This document shows, piece after piece, positions 61,817 through 64,000 of a stretch of DNA of 64,000 nt (its first letter is position 1; each line of letters starts with the position of its first letter). The DNA is from the human T2T-CHM13v2.0 reference genome, Homo sapiens: NCBI RefSeq assembly GCF_009914755.1, contig NC_060927.1; one strand, 5' to 3'. A model generated the notes under the pieces. The model was not told the DNA's origin. It made no database searches and saw nothing but the letters and a program-made list of their open reading frames with translations. Made by a program: the position numbers and the translations under genes.

Positions 61817-62248
61817 CTTTTTGAAAATGATTCACATGGAGATGGTGAGGGTGAAGAGAACAAAGTCAACATTACATCTGTAGAACTTATTGATCTTTCT
61901 TGGAAAGAATTCCATTGTTAACAATTAAGACATTAACTACATTCAGATAGAAACTGAAAAAAAAAAACCCAACACCCACATTTCTGATACAGAAACGATA
62001 CTTATCCTCCTGCTTAACTTTCATCCCAGTTACCTAGTAGCAATGTTTGAAAAGCAGGGGAACTGTGGTCTAAAGAGAAAAAGTATGGCTAAATTGCCCA
62101 GGGCAGCCTGGTTTCCTCACAAGATGACAATAATGATGTAACATACCAGCCTCCATGATGGAAGTGTTTGAACACTTGCATGGGATATGTCTGCATGGTC
62201 AACAGTCGAGAAATTACCACAGTAAGAAAGTTCCTACAAAATACGAAC

Positions 62249-62371
62249 CATGGCAAATGACTGTGGTGACAAATGCTCTTCACTTGGAGGCTCCCCATGA
62301 TGAGATGACTGTACTTCATTTTCTTTGGAGATATTCAAAGATGCTAAAAAGTTCTCAATTCCAGAGTTAGG
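62249..62371 (-). CDS. XRN1: XRN1 coding exon (PNSGIENFLASLNISKENEVQSSHHGEPPSEEHLSPQSFAM)
   Basis: ttattcttttag|CCTAAC...GCCATG|gttcgt; 123 nt, phase 0/0; peptide recognised as XRN1 C-terminal region. Confidence 0.92.
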
Positions 62372-62528
62372 CTAAAAGAATAAATATTTTGGGCATGAAG
62401 ATGAACGTATAATACAAGAACACACAAAAAGCTGAGTTTTATGTACAAAAATGGTCATTCGATTTTCACTCAATCATCTTCCCAGGTGTTAAAGTTTGGG
62501 AAGAGAATTGGAATAAATAGTTTTTTAC

Positions 62529-62639
62529 CTTATCAATAGCATTTGGATAACCAGTCACAACCTTTTGGGTTTCTGAGACTTCTGGACTTTCATTTCTCTT
62601 CAATAGCTTAATATTATATTTGGCAGGCCCTTCTAAAGT
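62529..62639 (-). CDS. XRN1: Candidate 111-nt in-frame XRN1 cassette exon (TLEGPAKYNIKLLKRNESPEVSETQKVVTGYPNAIDK)
   Basis: Minus strand: tttattcttacttttttaatag|ACTTTAGAAGGG...GATAAG|gtaaaa. 37 open codons, phase 0/0, matching the phase-0 start of the next exon. Not in the canonical protein as I recall it. Confidence 0.6.
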
Positions 62640-62867
62640 CTATTAAAAAAGTAAGAATAAACTTTTTGTGCAAATATATTTATAGTTAATATGTAATAGT
62701 GTTCTAAATAAATTGTTGCAAAAAAATTTTATGTGCTATTTTCCCTTTTGTATCATAAGAAAAGGGGCCTATAAACTTGGATGGGGAAAATTACACCTTA
62801 ATCTTCATTAACCTCTCAATGAGATTTAGCATTTCCTGCAATTATGAATATAGGCAACAAAACACTT

Positions 62868-63312
62868 ATATGGTCTGCATGTTTGTATTCCCCCAAAATT
62901 CTTCTGTTAAAATCCTAACTCCTAATGGGATCATATTAGGAGGTGGGGCCTTTGGTAGGTAATTAAGTTTAGATGAGGTCTTTAGGGTGCAACATCCATG
63001 ATGGTATTAGTGTCCTTATATGAATAGAAAGAGAATAGAGCTCTTTCTCTCCATCATGTTAGAATATGAGAAGACGCATCATCTGCAAGCCAGAAAGGGA
63101 GCCCCCACCAGACAATGGCACTTTACCGGATTCTAACTGTATTTCAATATAACTGGTTTTCTCTTAAATCTTTTTAGCATTAAAGACATTATTCTGCTAG
63201 TGCCTTGATCTTGGACTTCTCAGATTCCAGAGCTGTGAGAAATAAATGTTTATTGTTCAAATGTACCTAGTCTATGGTATTGTTATTATAGCAGCCCAAA
63301 TCAACTATGAAA
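62868..63312 (+). mobile_element. MaLR LTR (MLT1A/B-like) with an internal insertion
   Basis: tatggtctgcatgtttgtattccccc...gccttgatcttggacttc...gagaaataaatgtt...ttatagcagcccaaa. Confidence 0.75.
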
Positions 63313-63921
63313 ACCACAACAGTGGTGATTCTAATTGTATATCAGTATAACTGGTTTTCTTTAAAATCGTATGTATTTTATTTTAGCATTAAAAATACTA
63401 TTCTGAGAATAATAATGGCTTCACCAAAAGTCCATGGGCTTCACCAAAGATGTCTATTGAACAAAAAGTTTATCAATCCCTTTTCTAGAAGAAAGGAAAT
63501 TACAGTATAAGAGTTTCAAATGGAGAGGGCCTTAAAAGTCAAGTAATTAAACCGTTTACTGGTATCTAAACATTAATGGGTTCCATTTACTACCTGTTAT
63601 GTGCCAAATATTCAGCTAAGACCTTTTATAAATTTAATATATTACTATAAGAGATCAATTTAAAAAAATATATATTAAAATATGATAGGCATACAGAAAA
63701 GTACACATCTAATAAATATACGTGTCAAATTTTTTTAGATCAAAGATTTGTTATTCTTTCATTATAAAATGCATCCATAATCCTTGTAAACAGCAGAGAC
63801 TATATAAAGTAAAACATAAATGATCTTGGCTTCCCCCACACCAATCTAATTCCACAGAAGTTAGCCTGTTAAATTTGCTATTTTGTTCCATGTACTTCAA
63901 TTGTATATGTAAATATATATT

Positions 63922-64000
63922 TCTATGTATATATATAAGACCATATATATGTCTATGTGTATATATATAAGACCATATATATATGTCTATGTGTATATAT
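63922..64000. repeat. AT-rich ~32-bp tandem repeat (ATATATATAAGACCATATATATGTCTATGTGT), cut by the window edge
   Basis: Just over two copies visible. Confidence 0.8.

Noticed and set aside
61817-62248. U12-type (minor) intron, suggested by the poor pyrimidine tract at the acceptor
   Set aside because: The donor is GTTCGT, not RTATCCTT, and there is no TCCTTAAC branch site close to the AG
62089-62370. ORFs 62089..62319(-) and 62155..62370(+)
   Set aside because: Alternative-frame and antisense shadows of the real XRN1 exon 62249-62371

Overview
Primate (most likely human) genomic DNA, not prokaryotic. The right half holds the 3' end of XRN1 (5'-3' exoribonuclease 1) on the minus strand. Eight coding exons (62371->40804) join in frame through GT-AG junctions to give ...PNSGIENFLASL...RKSRKLAVNFGVSKPSE*, followed by a ~4.9 kb 3'UTR ending near an ATTAAA at 35921-35926. 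The left half is repeat-dense intergenic DNA. It contains a degenerate ERV1 provirus (MER61-like LTRs, tRNA-Pro PBS, gag remnants) carrying a nested solo LTR that itself carries an antisense LTR7, a full-length 6.03 kb L1PA2/3-like element (18-bp TSD, dead ORF1/ORF2, open antisense ORF0), an older L1PB-like element with a MER11 solo LTR, and many Alus. Best leads: a degenerate dsRBD-like fold encoded by two XRN1 exons, a 111-nt in-frame candidate cassette exon and a 36-nt candidate poison exon in XRN1, and an L1-derived proximal poly(A) signal. I found no evidence of a wholly new biological system. Repeat subfamily names come from recalled consensus sequences, and repeat boundaries are approximate unless TSDs are given.
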